DNA from: Candidatus Woesebacteria bacterium
GTDB taxonomy: Bacteria > Patescibacteriota > Microgenomatia > UBA8517
Length of the DNA stretch: 64,000 nucleotides
Assembly (NCBI GenBank): GCA_020060565.1
Contig: JAGVAE010000002.1
Location: 85,036-149,035, forward strand
Direction: 5' to 3'
The notes beneath the pieces are model-generated. The model did no database searches, had not been told where the DNA came from, and was given only the letters and a program-made list of their open reading frames with translations. Shown here in pieces: positions 1 to 8,204 of the stretch. A program made the position numbers and the translations under genes. The first letter of the stretch is position 1. Every line of letters begins with the position of its first letter.

Positions 1-809
1 TTAATGAGGGTGTTCTCATTCTCAAAAAACCAAGGGTCAAACTTGAAAACTATATGATCGGGACTTCTATCGAGCTTGTTTGTTAATAAGTTGATAATTG
101 AAGTCTTGCCTTCTCCCCATTCTCCTTGTAAAGCAAAAACAAAAGGTGAGTTAAAAGGGAGGTTTGCTATTTGTGAGTGAAATTCATTGACAAAATCCCC
201 TCTGTCTAGAATATCCTCAGACTCTGTAGTTATGGGTTCGTCAGAAATGTCCTGGTCGAAATTTACAACACCCCTTTTATTTAAGACCTTTTTAAGTGGT
301 TTAAGTTTTACAACAATAAGACAAATCAGGTGGGCGAAATAAATGACAGCGAATGCTATAAAAAACGTAACAAAATATGGAAATATAAGGTTTTGTAATC
401 TTTCCCATTTTATTGAATCTATGTAATCTAGGTTTAAGAAATTAATATAAAGTATGAACAAGACAGCTGTAAACAAAATACTGGTTATTATGTTGTCGGG
501 GATGTTGTTGGTAGTCCTGATGTATCTGATACACATTTTGGAGCAGGGGGTGTATGCCACAACCCCACTGAAAAAGGTAAATAGAATTAATATTATTCCA
601 TAATTTGTGTGCCAGAGAGGGATATTTAAAACCAACCAAGAAAGAATTGCATTGACTATAATTTTACTCACAGAAAAATGGACAATAACATTTATCAATA
701 ATGCAAAAATATTAATTTTTACGACATAAAAGAGGGCATCTTTTAAACCCACCGTTGTGAATGAGGATGAGAATAATCTAAGAAGGTTTTTTGTTTTTTT
801 CCAGCCCAT
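1..809 (-). CDS. KAP-family P-loop NTPase with N-terminal transmembrane region (runs off the window edge)
   Basis: Not in the ORF track. Manual translation from ATG 809 is open to base 1: about 4 hydrophobic helices, then ISDEPITTESEDILDRGDFV and FVFALQGEWGEGKTSIINLL (Walker A) ... FKFDPWFF, the typical KAP NTPase N-terminus. Confidence 0.85.
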   Translation of the reverse strand, partial: MGWKKTKNLLRLFSSSFTTVGLKDALFYVVKINIFALLINVIVHFSVSKIIVNAILSWLVLNIPLWHTNYGIILILFTFFSGVVAYTPCSKMCIRYIRTTNNIPDNIITSILFTAVLFILYINFLNLDYIDSIKWERLQNLIFPYFVTFFIAFAVIYFAHLICLIVVKLKPLKKVLNKRGVVNFDQDISDEPITTESEDILDRGDFVNEFHSQIANLPFNSPFVFALQGEWGEGKTSIINLLTNKLDRSPDHIVFKFDPWFFENENTLI

Positions 810-877
810 ATAAATATATAGGCAGTTCAGAGACAATTATAAGCTTATAAGAAGCATTTAACAAATTGGAATGAATC

Positions 878-1720
878 TTATATTTTGCAGTACTTATTTA
901 CGAATTCGTCAACAATTTTAGTTGCTTCTAAAAAGTATTGTTGAGAGATTGAGTCGGGTAATTCTATTGTTTTATTTACTACATCTAATGACATATTGTA
1001 TGCCTGAGAATCAATACCTTTTGGACAATAGTATTGTCTTAAATTGTGGGGAAGTGTTACTAAAACGAACTCTTGGTTATTTGTTTGTTGTAATTGTTGG
1101 CATTCTGTTTTTGATTTAATTTCCCAGTTTGTTCCTATCTGACAACACGTATACGATCCACTCTGACAGGCCTCTAGGCTTATTTTAATGCTTCTATTTT
1201 CGCACTTTGAACCAGTTGCACCTTTACAGTCTCCAATAAGTTTTTTCGGATCTGGAGTGGGTGTGGCGACAGGTTTTTTGGTGGGTATTGGAGTTGGGAA
1301 TAGAGTGGGGCTTGTGGGGGTTTCTAATTGAGGAGCTGGTGTTTGATTTGTGTTTGACTTTGCAAATGACATTATTCGAAGTTGTAATGTTGCCAAGATG
1401 ATAATGAACAATAAAATGGTTAAAATTAAAATTTTGGGGACACTAAGATTTTTTAAATATCTCGTAATATGTTGAAAGGATTTTTTATAGTTTGGAGGAT
1501 CTTTGATTAAGGTGTAAATGAGCCTAATAAATGCATACAAAATAGCCATTATGATTAGCAAGGGTAGAGGTAAAAAGAAGAGTGATATTTTCTCTGCCCA
1601 AATTGGGGAATTGTTATCCCCAGATATTAGTCGTGTGACCCAGAATAATATGTTTGTTCCAAATATGGAGACCACAACTGCTACAAGAGCGAATATAAAT
1701 TTGCTTCTAAGATTCTTCAT
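878..1720 (-). CDS. hypothetical membrane protein (3 TM, Pro/Thr linker, Cys-rich extracellular domain)
   Basis: 280 aa ORF; hydrophobic N-terminus, PTPIPT linker, several Cys. Confidence 0.7.
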   Translation of the reverse strand: MKNLRSKFIFALVAVVVSIFGTNILFWVTRLISGDNNSPIWAEKISLFFLPLPLLIIMAILYAFIRLIYTLIKDPPNYKKSFQHITRYLKNLSVPKILILTILLFIIILATLQLRIMSFAKSNTNQTPAPQLETPTSPTLFPTPIPTKKPVATPTPDPKKLIGDCKGATGSKCENRSIKISLEACQSGSYTCCQIGTNWEIKSKTECQQLQQTNNQEFVLVTLPHNLRQYYCPKGIDSQAYNMSLDVVNKTIELPDSISQQYFLEATKIVDEFVNKYCKI

Positions 1721-1772
1721 AAAAAATTGGCCTTGAGGTGAGGCTAAAATTTGGTATCCTCGCCACAGCTAT

Positions 1773-1794
1773 ATTATGGCATACACGCCATAAT
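1773..1794. promoter_or_regulatory. palindromic operator-like site upstream of the XRE gene
   Basis: ATTATGGC-N6-GCCATAAT perfect inverted repeat ending 6 nt before ATG 1801, between divergent genes. Confidence 0.55.
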
Positions 1795-1800
1795 TTTACT

Positions 1801-2010
1801 ATGTCGACATTAAATGAAAGGTTCGGGATCAATCTGATGGAATTAAGGAAGAAAAGCAGAATTTCTCAAATGGAGTTAGCAGAAAAATCGAAACTCGACT
1901 TAAAAACCATAAGTAATTTGGAGAATGGTATAAGACAGCCGGTTTTAAAAACAATTTGGAAATTGGCAAATGGTCTAAATGTCAGTATGTCCAAACTTCT
2001 AGATTTTTAA
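1801..2010 (+). CDS. XRE-family helix-turn-helix regulator
   Basis: FGINLMELRKKSRISQMELAEKSKLDLKTISNLENGIRQP, HTH_3 pattern; ATG 1801. Confidence 0.9.
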   Translation: MSTLNERFGINLMELRKKSRISQMELAEKSKLDLKTISNLENGIRQPVLKTIWKLANGLNVSMSKLLDF

Positions 2011-2080
2011 TTATCTCCATTAGGTTATAAATAACGCCATCAAGATTTATACTGAATTCAGGAGTGGTAAGTAGTGGCAT

Positions 2081-2458
2081 ATGAAACAACCTAAATACAT
2101 AACAAAGAAACCTGAATATAGAATCCTCTTAGAGCTTATTAAGAAACACAAACTGTTTTTGTCTAAAGGTAAGGGTTATAACATCCAAGCTATCGTTAAA
2201 ACGCTCCACATTGACCCTAAAACGGCAAGAAAATGGCTAAATACACCCAAGGTTCAGGAAGCCATATCAGAAGAAATTGAATTTTATGTATCTAAGATGC
2301 AAGAAGTTGGGGCTACTGACTGGAAAATGTGGGCAAGACAGATAGAATTTGCATCAAAAAATAAAATGGAGGACTCAGAAGAGATGGGATCTAATGTGAT
2401 AATTATTAGAGATAAAGAGAAAGGCATATTTAGAATAACAGACGAACTACCAATTTAA
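2081..2458 (+). CDS. hypothetical protein, possible HTH
   Basis: 125 aa ORF with IQAIVKTLHIDPKTARKW HTH-like segment. Confidence 0.6.
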   Translation: MKQPKYITKKPEYRILLELIKKHKLFLSKGKGYNIQAIVKTLHIDPKTARKWLNTPKVQEAISEEIEFYVSKMQEVGATDWKMWARQIEFASKNKMEDSEEMGSNVIIIRDKEKGIFRITDELPI

Positions 2459-2677
2459 CCCTTTCCTTTTTATTTGGTCCCATCTAGTACAGGTAGTGGT
2501 TAGAGATAAACCAATGGGTTTTTACCTGTTTTCTGGTGATTTTAATGAGCAATTTTATTCTTTCCAGCCTTGAGTAATAAAGGAAACTAGCAAATTGGTT
2601 ATAATTTTGACTTTTATACTTCATAATTTAAGTTATGTGCCAACAAACATACAAACAAAACAAGTGTAGCCAACTCT

Positions 2678-2830
2678 TTGAGCTGGTTGACAGATAAGTT
2701 ACGTGCAGAAATATCTTCAATTTTCAATCCCCGTTATGGTAGGAAGTTAACTCCTTTAGAAATTGACGAAATAGCAGAAAGTTTAACGTTGTTTACAGAA
2801 ACAATGACTGGAGGTGATTCCGATGGATAA
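2678..2830 (+). CDS. small hypothetical protein (50 aa)
   Basis: TTG-started frame LSWLTDKLRAEISSIFNPRYGRKLTPLEIDEIAESLTLF...; stop overlaps the start of the next gene; start uncertain. Confidence 0.4.
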   Translation: MSWLTDKLRAEISSIFNPRYGRKLTPLEIDEIAESLTLFTETMTGGDSDG

Positions 2831-3002
2831 AGTCGACCAAAAAACAACAAAACAGATAAAGATAGATGCCGGGTGGCATAGGTTGTTCAAAATCGCATCT
2901 GCAAAGGCTGGAGTGAGCATCAGGGAGCTTGTAGAGGCCTGTTTTGCTGATTCCCAGAAGAAAATTTGGAAAGAATATGGAATTGGAGCTGTCAATGAGT
3001 GA
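2823..3002 (+). CDS. ribbon-helix-helix-like DNA-binding protein
   Basis: TKQIKIDAGWHRLFKIASAKAGVSIRELVE, strand-helix-helix pattern; GGAGGTG upstream. Confidence 0.65.
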   Translation: MDKVDQKTTKQIKIDAGWHRLFKIASAKAGVSIRELVEACFADSQKKIWKEYGIGAVNE

Positions 3003-3348
3003 TTTTCAAAAAGCGAGCGAGGTGTTGAAAAAGAGTAACGATAATAACGTTAATAAATATAAATATAATAACGATAGTAACGTTAATGGTAAATACGCCT
3101 TGGATTTAAAAAAATTTACCCCAAATACCGAAGTGAGTGTTTTAGCCAAAGAAATAGCTGAAGATATGAACGATCTGGCCAACTTTGCTTGTTATCTGGA
3201 TGTTGTAAACAAATTGGGAGTACAAGGTGCAAGGGAGCATTGGAGATTAATCAAAAATGACATTTTGGAAAAATCAAAAACTAAAACCCCAGTCCGTTCG
3301 CCTAAAAAGTATTTTATGTATATGTTGAGAATGAAAGGTAGAAAATAA
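2995..3348 (+). CDS. hypothetical protein, possible replication-initiator fragment
   Basis: Overlaps previous stop; Asn-rich segment from an internal DNA repeat; C-terminal VRSPKKYFMYML. Confidence 0.5.
   Translation: MSDFQKASEVLKKSNDNNVNKYKYNNDSNVNGKYALDLKKFTPNTEVSVLAKEIAEDMNDLANFACYLDVVNKLGVQGAREHWRLIKNDILEKSKTKTPVRSPKKYFMYMLRMKGRK
3036..3087 (+). repeat. 19-bp imperfect direct repeat
   Basis: TAACGATAATAACGTTAAT (3036-3054) and TAACGATAGTAACGTTAAT (3069-3087) with an A/T-only spacer. Confidence 0.75.
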
Positions 3349-3353
3349 TAGTA

Positions 3354-3382
3354 TTGACATTATCACAGAATGTATATATCAT
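3354..3382 (+). promoter_or_regulatory. sigma70-type promoter
   Basis: TTGACA-N17-TATCAT, 5 nt before ATG 3388. Confidence 0.6.
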
Positions 3383-3387
3383 ATATT

Positions 3388-3798
3388 ATGACTAAAATAT
3401 CTACGAGTGAGGCAACAAGAATTCTCGGAATAAATAAACAAACCCTATTTAGGTGGGAAAAAAGTGGATCACTACCAGCTGTTGAGAGAAAGGGTTTAAC
3501 TGAAGCACGTATGTACGATAAAGAGACGATAGAGGAGATTGCTATGTGGAGAAATCTCCGTAAAGAAGAAAAAGCACACCTAAGGAAACTTGGAAAAATT
3601 AGAGAAAAACTAGATAGTTATTTACCCACAAAGCCTCTTGATGCCTTTGAATCACCGAGAATGTTATCCCACGCAGAGTTTTTAGATATGAAAAAAGGGT
3701 ACGAAGATCTAAGAAAGTGGGAAAAGAAATTAGATGAAATTCAAGAAAGTTATTGGAGTTTTGCGAAAGATTATTTTGGAAAAAACTTTGATGAATAA
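3388..3798 (+). CDS. MerR/excisionase-like HTH protein
   Basis: ISTSEATRILGINKQTLFRWEKSG winged HTH; overlaps the recombinase start. Confidence 0.8.
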   Translation: MTKISTSEATRILGINKQTLFRWEKSGSLPAVERKGLTEARMYDKETIEEIAMWRNLRKEEKAHLRKLGKIREKLDSYLPTKPLDAFESPRMLSHAEFLDMKKGYEDLRKWEKKLDEIQESYWSFAKDYFGKNFDE

Positions 3799-5305
3799 TC
3801 AATCATTACAATATATTATTTATGCTAGAAAGTCGCAGGAAAATAAAGATAGGCAGGTGTTATCCATCGATTCCCAGATAACCGAGCTTCGTGAATTTGC
3901 TGACAAAAACAATCTCAATGTAGTTAAAGAATTTCAAGAAAGTCAGACTGCGTACAAAATTGGAAGACCTATTTTTGCAGAAATGATGGAACTTATTGAA
4001 ATGGGGGTTGCCAATGCAGTTTTAGTTTGGAAACCAGACAGACTTGCTAGAAACGCTATTGATGGAGGGAGGATCATACAGTCAATGGATGACAACTTAC
4101 TTCAAGAAATAAGAACTCCTTATGAAATTTTTCGACAAACAGACAATCGAATGATCGTTTACATATATTTTGGGATGAGCAATGACTATTCAAGACAAAT
4201 TAGTGCAAATGTAAAAAGGGGAAATAGGGAAAAATATAGACGCGGTGAATTTGTAGGAAAAGCACTTCTCGGTTATTTAAATGCTGATGTTGGAAATTCC
4301 AAAAATATAATTTTAGATCCACCTAAATCACAAATAGTGAAAAAACTTTTTGAAGAATACTCGGCAGGATTGTACTCGGTCATTGATATGGTCAAAAAGG
4401 CCGATGTATTGGGATTAAAAGGTATTTACGGAAATCCAATTGCCAAAAGTGGGATGTACAAACTTCTGAAAAATACAGCCTATTATGGTCTGTACAAACA
4501 CGGAGGAGAATATCATCAGGGAAGTTATGAACCTCTAATTTCGATAGATTTATTTAACAAAGTGCAGGATGTGCTAAAAAGTAAAGGGAAACCGAGAAAA
4601 TTTGGTTGGATAAATCACGCTTACAAAGCTAGATTGATTAAATGCGGTGAATGTGGGTGTTCAGTTACAGCTGAAACAAAGAGGAAATTTTATAAGACAA
4701 CAGGTAGGACAGGAATTTACACTTACTATCATTGTACAAAAAGGAGAGGTAAATGTTCGCAAAAGCCAGTATCTGAAGAGGAGATGGAGCAGATGTTGAG
4801 GAAATATGTTTACCGGATAGAGATAGATAAAGAGGTGTGGAATTTGGGCATTGAGTTGTTGAAGGCTAAACATAGTGGTGAGATAAAACAGTCAATTCTA
4901 AGTCGAAGGTTGATAGAAAAAGATTATGAAAAAGTTGACAGAGAACTAGAAAAACTTCTACAGCTTCGAATAGATCAAGAGATCACGGCAGAGGAGTACT
5001 CATCGAGTAAAAAAACACTAATGGATAAAAAGTTGTTAATTAAAGAAAAATTGGGTGATAGGGAACAAACCTCTAACAATTGGTTGGAACTTGCTGAAAA
5101 CTTCTTTGAAACTGCACTTCAGGCACGGAAAATTATGGAAGGTACGGATTTGCAAAGAAAGAGGGATTTGATTCAATCGGTCGGTTGGAACCTCCTTTTG
5201 AAGGATAAAAAACTCGATTTTAGCTTCAAAAAGCCCTATGACATACTACTAAAACCTGATGCACGTACTTCCGTGCAGAGGGGGAGGGATTTGAACCCTC
5301 GATAA
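3791..5305 (+). CDS. large serine recombinase (integrase)
   Basis: YIIYARKS catalytic motif, VWKPDRLARN, recombinase domain, zinc ribbon CGECG...YYHC...C, coiled coil; 3' end overlaps tRNA-Ser. Confidence 0.95.
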   Translation: MNNQSLQYIIYARKSQENKDRQVLSIDSQITELREFADKNNLNVVKEFQESQTAYKIGRPIFAEMMELIEMGVANAVLVWKPDRLARNAIDGGRIIQSMDDNLLQEIRTPYEIFRQTDNRMIVYIYFGMSNDYSRQISANVKRGNREKYRRGEFVGKALLGYLNADVGNSKNIILDPPKSQIVKKLFEEYSAGLYSVIDMVKKADVLGLKGIYGNPIAKSGMYKLLKNTAYYGLYKHGGEYHQGSYEPLISIDLFNKVQDVLKSKGKPRKFGWINHAYKARLIKCGECGCSVTAETKRKFYKTTGRTGIYTYYHCTKRRGKCSQKPVSEEEMEQMLRKYVYRIEIDKEVWNLGIELLKAKHSGEIKQSILSRRLIEKDYEKVDRELEKLLQLRIDQEITAEEYSSSKKTLMDKKLLIKEKLGDREQTSNNWLELAENFFETALQARKIMEGTDLQRKRDLIQSVGWNLLLKDKKLDFSFKKPYDILLKPDARTSVQRGRDLNPR

Positions 5306-5362
5306 CCTTGCGGTTATAGCCGATTTCCAATCGACCGCACTAGACCACTATGCGACCCCTCC
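5276..5362 (-). tRNA. tRNA-Ser(GGA)
   Basis: GGAGGGG/CCCCTCT acceptor, GTCGA-TTGGAAA-TCGGC anticodon arm, long variable arm, GAGGG-TTCAAAT-CCCTC T arm. Confidence 0.95.
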
Positions 5363-5377
5363 AGAATCTGTATTATA

Positions 5378-5869
5378 TCAAACAGAACCCTCAAGAAGCT
5401 CTTTGGCTTTTGTTAGCATTTGTTTTTCTCCTCCAAAAGAGAGTCTTTTTTTAGCATCTTCAAAAGATAGCCAAGCTATCTCTTCTGTTTCCCAATCAAA
5501 GCCTTCTGGTAAATCTTTTACATATTCCATTAAAAAGAATGTTACGAATTTTAAAATTTTTCCTCTTTGTGGATCTTTGAAAGAATACATTGAAGTTCCA
5601 ATTTTTTTAACTATCTTTGCCTCAACACCACCCTCTTCATTTACCTCTCTTATTGCAGCCATCTCAAGTGAGGTGGGGTCTGCTTTGATTAGTCCTTTAG
5701 CCATTGGCCCTGGTTGGTCACCATCCTCGTCATCCACTCTTCCTTTGGGAAGCATCCAGTATTGTTTTGGGTATAGTTCACTTTTAGAGGTTTTTCTAAC
5801 AAGCCAAAGTATTTTGTTTTTTTCTTTTTTAAAAACTACTCCCCCTGAAGAAAACTCTCTAGTGGTCAT
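5378..5869 (-). CDS. NUDIX hydrolase
   Basis: REFSSGGVV, WMLPKG...AAIREVNEEGG Nudix box; start placed at MTTREF. Confidence 0.9.
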   Translation of the reverse strand: MTTREFSSGGVVFKKEKNKILWLVRKTSKSELYPKQYWMLPKGRVDDEDGDQPGPMAKGLIKADPTSLEMAAIREVNEEGGVEAKIVKKIGTSMYSFKDPQRGKILKFVTFFLMEYVKDLPEGFDWETEEIAWLSFEDAKKRLSFGGEKQMLTKAKELLEGSV

Positions 5870-5874
5870 TGGGT

Positions 5875-6342
5875 TTAAAACATCACTACTTCTTGTTTTT
5901 TGAGGTTGTGTGTTTTTTCCCATTCTTTCAATACTTCTTTTGCTTCTTTTATTATATCCTTCTCTCTTTTGATACTTATTTTTTTAGCGGCATCTGCAAA
6001 ATCCAACCATTTAAATTGATCAAAACCTATAAGTTCACTGCTTCCACCTTTTTGAAGCATTAGATAATAATAAAACTTTTGGGGGATGGATTTGGCATTG
6101 ATTATGGTAGATCCTGTTGCACGCCCAGCCTCTTCCAATACTCTGGCAGCCATTCCACCTTGTTCACTGGCAAGTCTAATAACAGCACGAACAGAAGACT
6201 CTCCACGTCTAACGGTTACTTTTGGAATCTCCCAATCTGGATCGTCTTTTCCTTTAACCAGCAAAAATTGACGTTTACCACGGTTCTCTCTAAAAAGAAC
6301 TGCTCCTCCAATTACTATTTGTTGATTTTTGTTATTTTTCAT
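5875..6342 (-). CDS. NUDIX-fold protein with degenerate Nudix box
   Basis: GGAVLFR, WEIPKVTVRRGESSVRAVIRLASEQGG lacking the canonical REUxEE. Confidence 0.75.
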   Translation of the reverse strand: MKNNKNQQIVIGGAVLFRENRGKRQFLLVKGKDDPDWEIPKVTVRRGESSVRAVIRLASEQGGMAARVLEEAGRATGSTIINAKSIPQKFYYYLMLQKGGSSELIGFDQFKWLDFADAAKKISIKREKDIIKEAKEVLKEWEKTHNLKKQEVVMF

Positions 6343-6373
6343 TTTATTTTGAACTCGTTTAAAAATCTTCGTG

Positions 6374-6461
6374 CGGTGGGGGCGAGATTCGAACTCGCGT
6401 GGATGAAATTCACCCCCAAGGTTTTCGAGACCTGGCAGATAAACCGCTCCTGCACCCCACC
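6374..6461 (-). tRNA. tRNA-Ser(CGA)
   Basis: GGTGGGG/CCCCACC acceptor, CT-CGA-AA loop, long variable arm, GCGAG-TTCGAAT-CTCGC. Confidence 0.93.
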
Positions 6462-6464
6462 TTG

Positions 6465-6539
6465 TGGTGCACCCACCCAGAATCGAACTGGGACCTAATC
6501 CTCCGCAAGGATCAACTCTATCCGTTAAGCTATGGGTGC
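6465..6539 (-). tRNA. tRNA-Arg(GCG)
   Basis: GCACCCA/TGGGTGC-ACCA, GATCC-TTGCGGA-GGATT anticodon arm, CCCAG-TTCGATT-CTGGG. Confidence 0.93.
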
Positions 6540-6563
6540 CTTTCGACTCCGCTCAAGGTAAAC
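6539..6563 (+). repeat. REP-like dispersed element
   Basis: CCTTTCGACTCCGCTCAAGGTAAAC (reads PFDSAQGK); a related degenerate copy lies in tsaD at 44850-44876. Confidence 0.5.
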
Positions 6564-6564
6564 T

Positions 6565-7122
6565 TTATTTATTCCCAGGCAATTTCTTAGAAACCCAGTT
6601 CGTAACTTTATCAAGTCCTGAGGCAGGTATTTCCTCAAATGGTATATAGGCAGAAATCTCATGCTTCAAACTATCTTTAATTTCAGGATTAATCATTACT
6701 TCAATTCTCCCTGGCATTAAAAATGTTTCAAAAATTAAGATTTCGCTTCCCGATCTTTCTCCAAACCAAAAACGAGACATTGCCTGCCACTCAGTTAGCT
6801 TACCTGCAATTTTTACTCCTTTAGACGTTATTTTATATTCAACATTCTCTGGCGGGACAGTTGAAAGAATGTAGTATAAAAATACTAAAGCTACAATCAA
6901 AATTACTGGCATTATTCCTTCTGCAAGAAAAAGAATCAGACTGATTATACCCGCAATTGCAAAAATTGTTGTATAAAACTGTCTGTCACGCCTCTTAAAT
7001 GGCCTTGCTGGTGCAATCCAAGTAAGAAGTTCACGCTCAGGTTCACGCCTGACAACCACAGCTTGCGGCTCAGAATTTAATGTACTTTCGGAACTAGATT
7101 TTTGATCTGTGGCAGGATCCAT
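6565..7122 (-). CDS. hypothetical membrane protein (2 TM + PH-like domain)
   Basis: LLTWIAPARPFKRR, two TM helices, YKITSKGVKI; TATAAT upstream of ATG 7122. Confidence 0.75.
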   Translation of the reverse strand: MDPATDQKSSSESTLNSEPQAVVVRREPERELLTWIAPARPFKRRDRQFYTTIFAIAGIISLILFLAEGIMPVILIVALVFLYYILSTVPPENVEYKITSKGVKIAGKLTEWQAMSRFWFGERSGSEILIFETFLMPGRIEVMINPEIKDSLKHEISAYIPFEEIPASGLDKVTNWVSKKLPGNK

Positions 7123-7170
7123 AATACGCGTATTATACCTCAAAAACTGATATAATTGCAGTGCCTAAAC

Positions 7171-7254
7171 GGAGAGCATGCCGAACGGCTAAGGCAACAT
7201 CCTGCTAAGATGTGTCGCGAAAGCGACTGGTGAGTTCGACTCTCACGCTCTCCG
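7171..7254 (+). tRNA. tRNA-Ser(GCT)
   Basis: GGAGAGC/GCTCTCC-G, ACATC-CTGCTAA-GATGT, variable arm GTCGC-GAAA-GCGAC, GTGAG-TTCGACT-CTCAC. Confidence 0.95.
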
Positions 7255-7258
7255 CACT

Positions 7259-7343
7259 GGTGGGTGGGCAGGACGGTAATGCGCGAGTCTTGAAAACTCG
7301 TGAGCGTAAGCTCTAACAGGTTCGACCCCTGTACCCACCGCCA
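7259..7343 (+). tRNA. tRNA-Ser(TGA)
   Basis: GGTGGGT/ACCCACC-GCCA, CGAGT-CTTGAAA-ACTCG, variable arm, ACAGG-TTCGACC-CCTGT. Confidence 0.95.
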
Positions 7344-7362
7344 ACTTTTTTATCCAATAAAT

Positions 7363-8196
7363 ATGAATACTTACAAAGGCGATATTATTGAAGAATCTTT
7401 GAGTGATAAAGACATTCTCAAAGACATAAATATAATCTCAACCAGGGTCGAAAAGGTGACAAAAGAGCATCAAACGCCGTGGCTTTCTCAATGGACCTTG
7501 GACACGATCGAGGTTAACGATAGTCAATCTGACAATTTAGCTAAAAGTTTAAGCAAAGCCCTTGATTCTAAACATGGCTGGTATATTGATTATCGTAATG
7601 ACAAATATCATTATGTGATTTTTAAAAACAGAGTTTTCAAACTGGATCGTAGTAAAAAATCTGACTATGAAAAAATGATTAAATATGGATTGTCTGTGGG
7701 TACACCAGATTACCAGTTGCCAAACTTTTCTAATTTACCAATTGATGTTTTAGACACTTTTTTGAGAGAAGCGAATTTAAATACTTACGCCAACGAGAAT
7801 GTCAAAAGAGTGTCTTCGCTTCGTCCTGGTTCTAACGATTATCATTTCAAAAAAGGTGACCTAACTTATCATGACACCTATTTTGGTGCCACTAAATTTA
7901 TTGGTGAAGAAATTGTTTATAAAGGTAGTAAAGCCACATGGGGTATGAATTACTATGGTTTTACTGTTAGTAATCAAATAAGTGAGAGTTTGTTTGACGC
8001 GATTTTGCGTCCAGCTTTAATGGCAGGCTCTGGTGATAATATACCAGTTCGTGGACCAAAAGAGTTTATAAACGGCAAATGGAAATATACATTTAAAGCC
8101 GATGGTGACTTGGCAAACTTTACAGGAATAGAGGAAGTTTCTAAAAACGGTAAAGTGATTAGTCGGTTATATTGCCATGGTGGATTCATCGAATGA
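7363..8196 (+). CDS. two-domain protein with C-terminal DUF5680-like domain
   Basis: C-terminal LRPGSNDYHF...YHDTYFG...FIGEEIVY...WGMNYYG...PVRGP pattern recalled for DUF5680; ATG 7363. Confidence 0.7.
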   Translation: MNTYKGDIIEESLSDKDILKDINIISTRVEKVTKEHQTPWLSQWTLDTIEVNDSQSDNLAKSLSKALDSKHGWYIDYRNDKYHYVIFKNRVFKLDRSKKSDYEKMIKYGLSVGTPDYQLPNFSNLPIDVLDTFLREANLNTYANENVKRVSSLRPGSNDYHFKKGDLTYHDTYFGATKFIGEEIVYKGSKATWGMNYYGFTVSNQISESLFDAILRPALMAGSGDNIPVRGPKEFINGKWKYTFKADGDLANFTGIEEVSKNGKVISRLYCHGGFIE

Positions 8197-8204
8197 ACCG
8201 AAAT

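Larger units (their letters stand above)
1..5305. mobile_element. integrative element at tRNA-Ser(GGA); left end outside the window
   Basis: Serine integrase abutting a tRNA 3' end, plus HTH/RHH/XRE regulators and KAP NTPase cargo. Confidence 0.75.

Noticed and set aside
442-639. 65-aa minus-strand ORF
   Set aside because: Out-of-frame shadow inside the KAP NTPase gene.
6079-6649. Plus-strand ORFs 6079-6498, 6399-6590 and 6464-6649
   Set aside because: Antisense to tRNA genes and real CDSs.
7300-7362. N-terminal extension of the DUF5680-like ORF
   Set aside because: Runs through tRNA-Ser(TGA); ATG 7363 is the plausible start.
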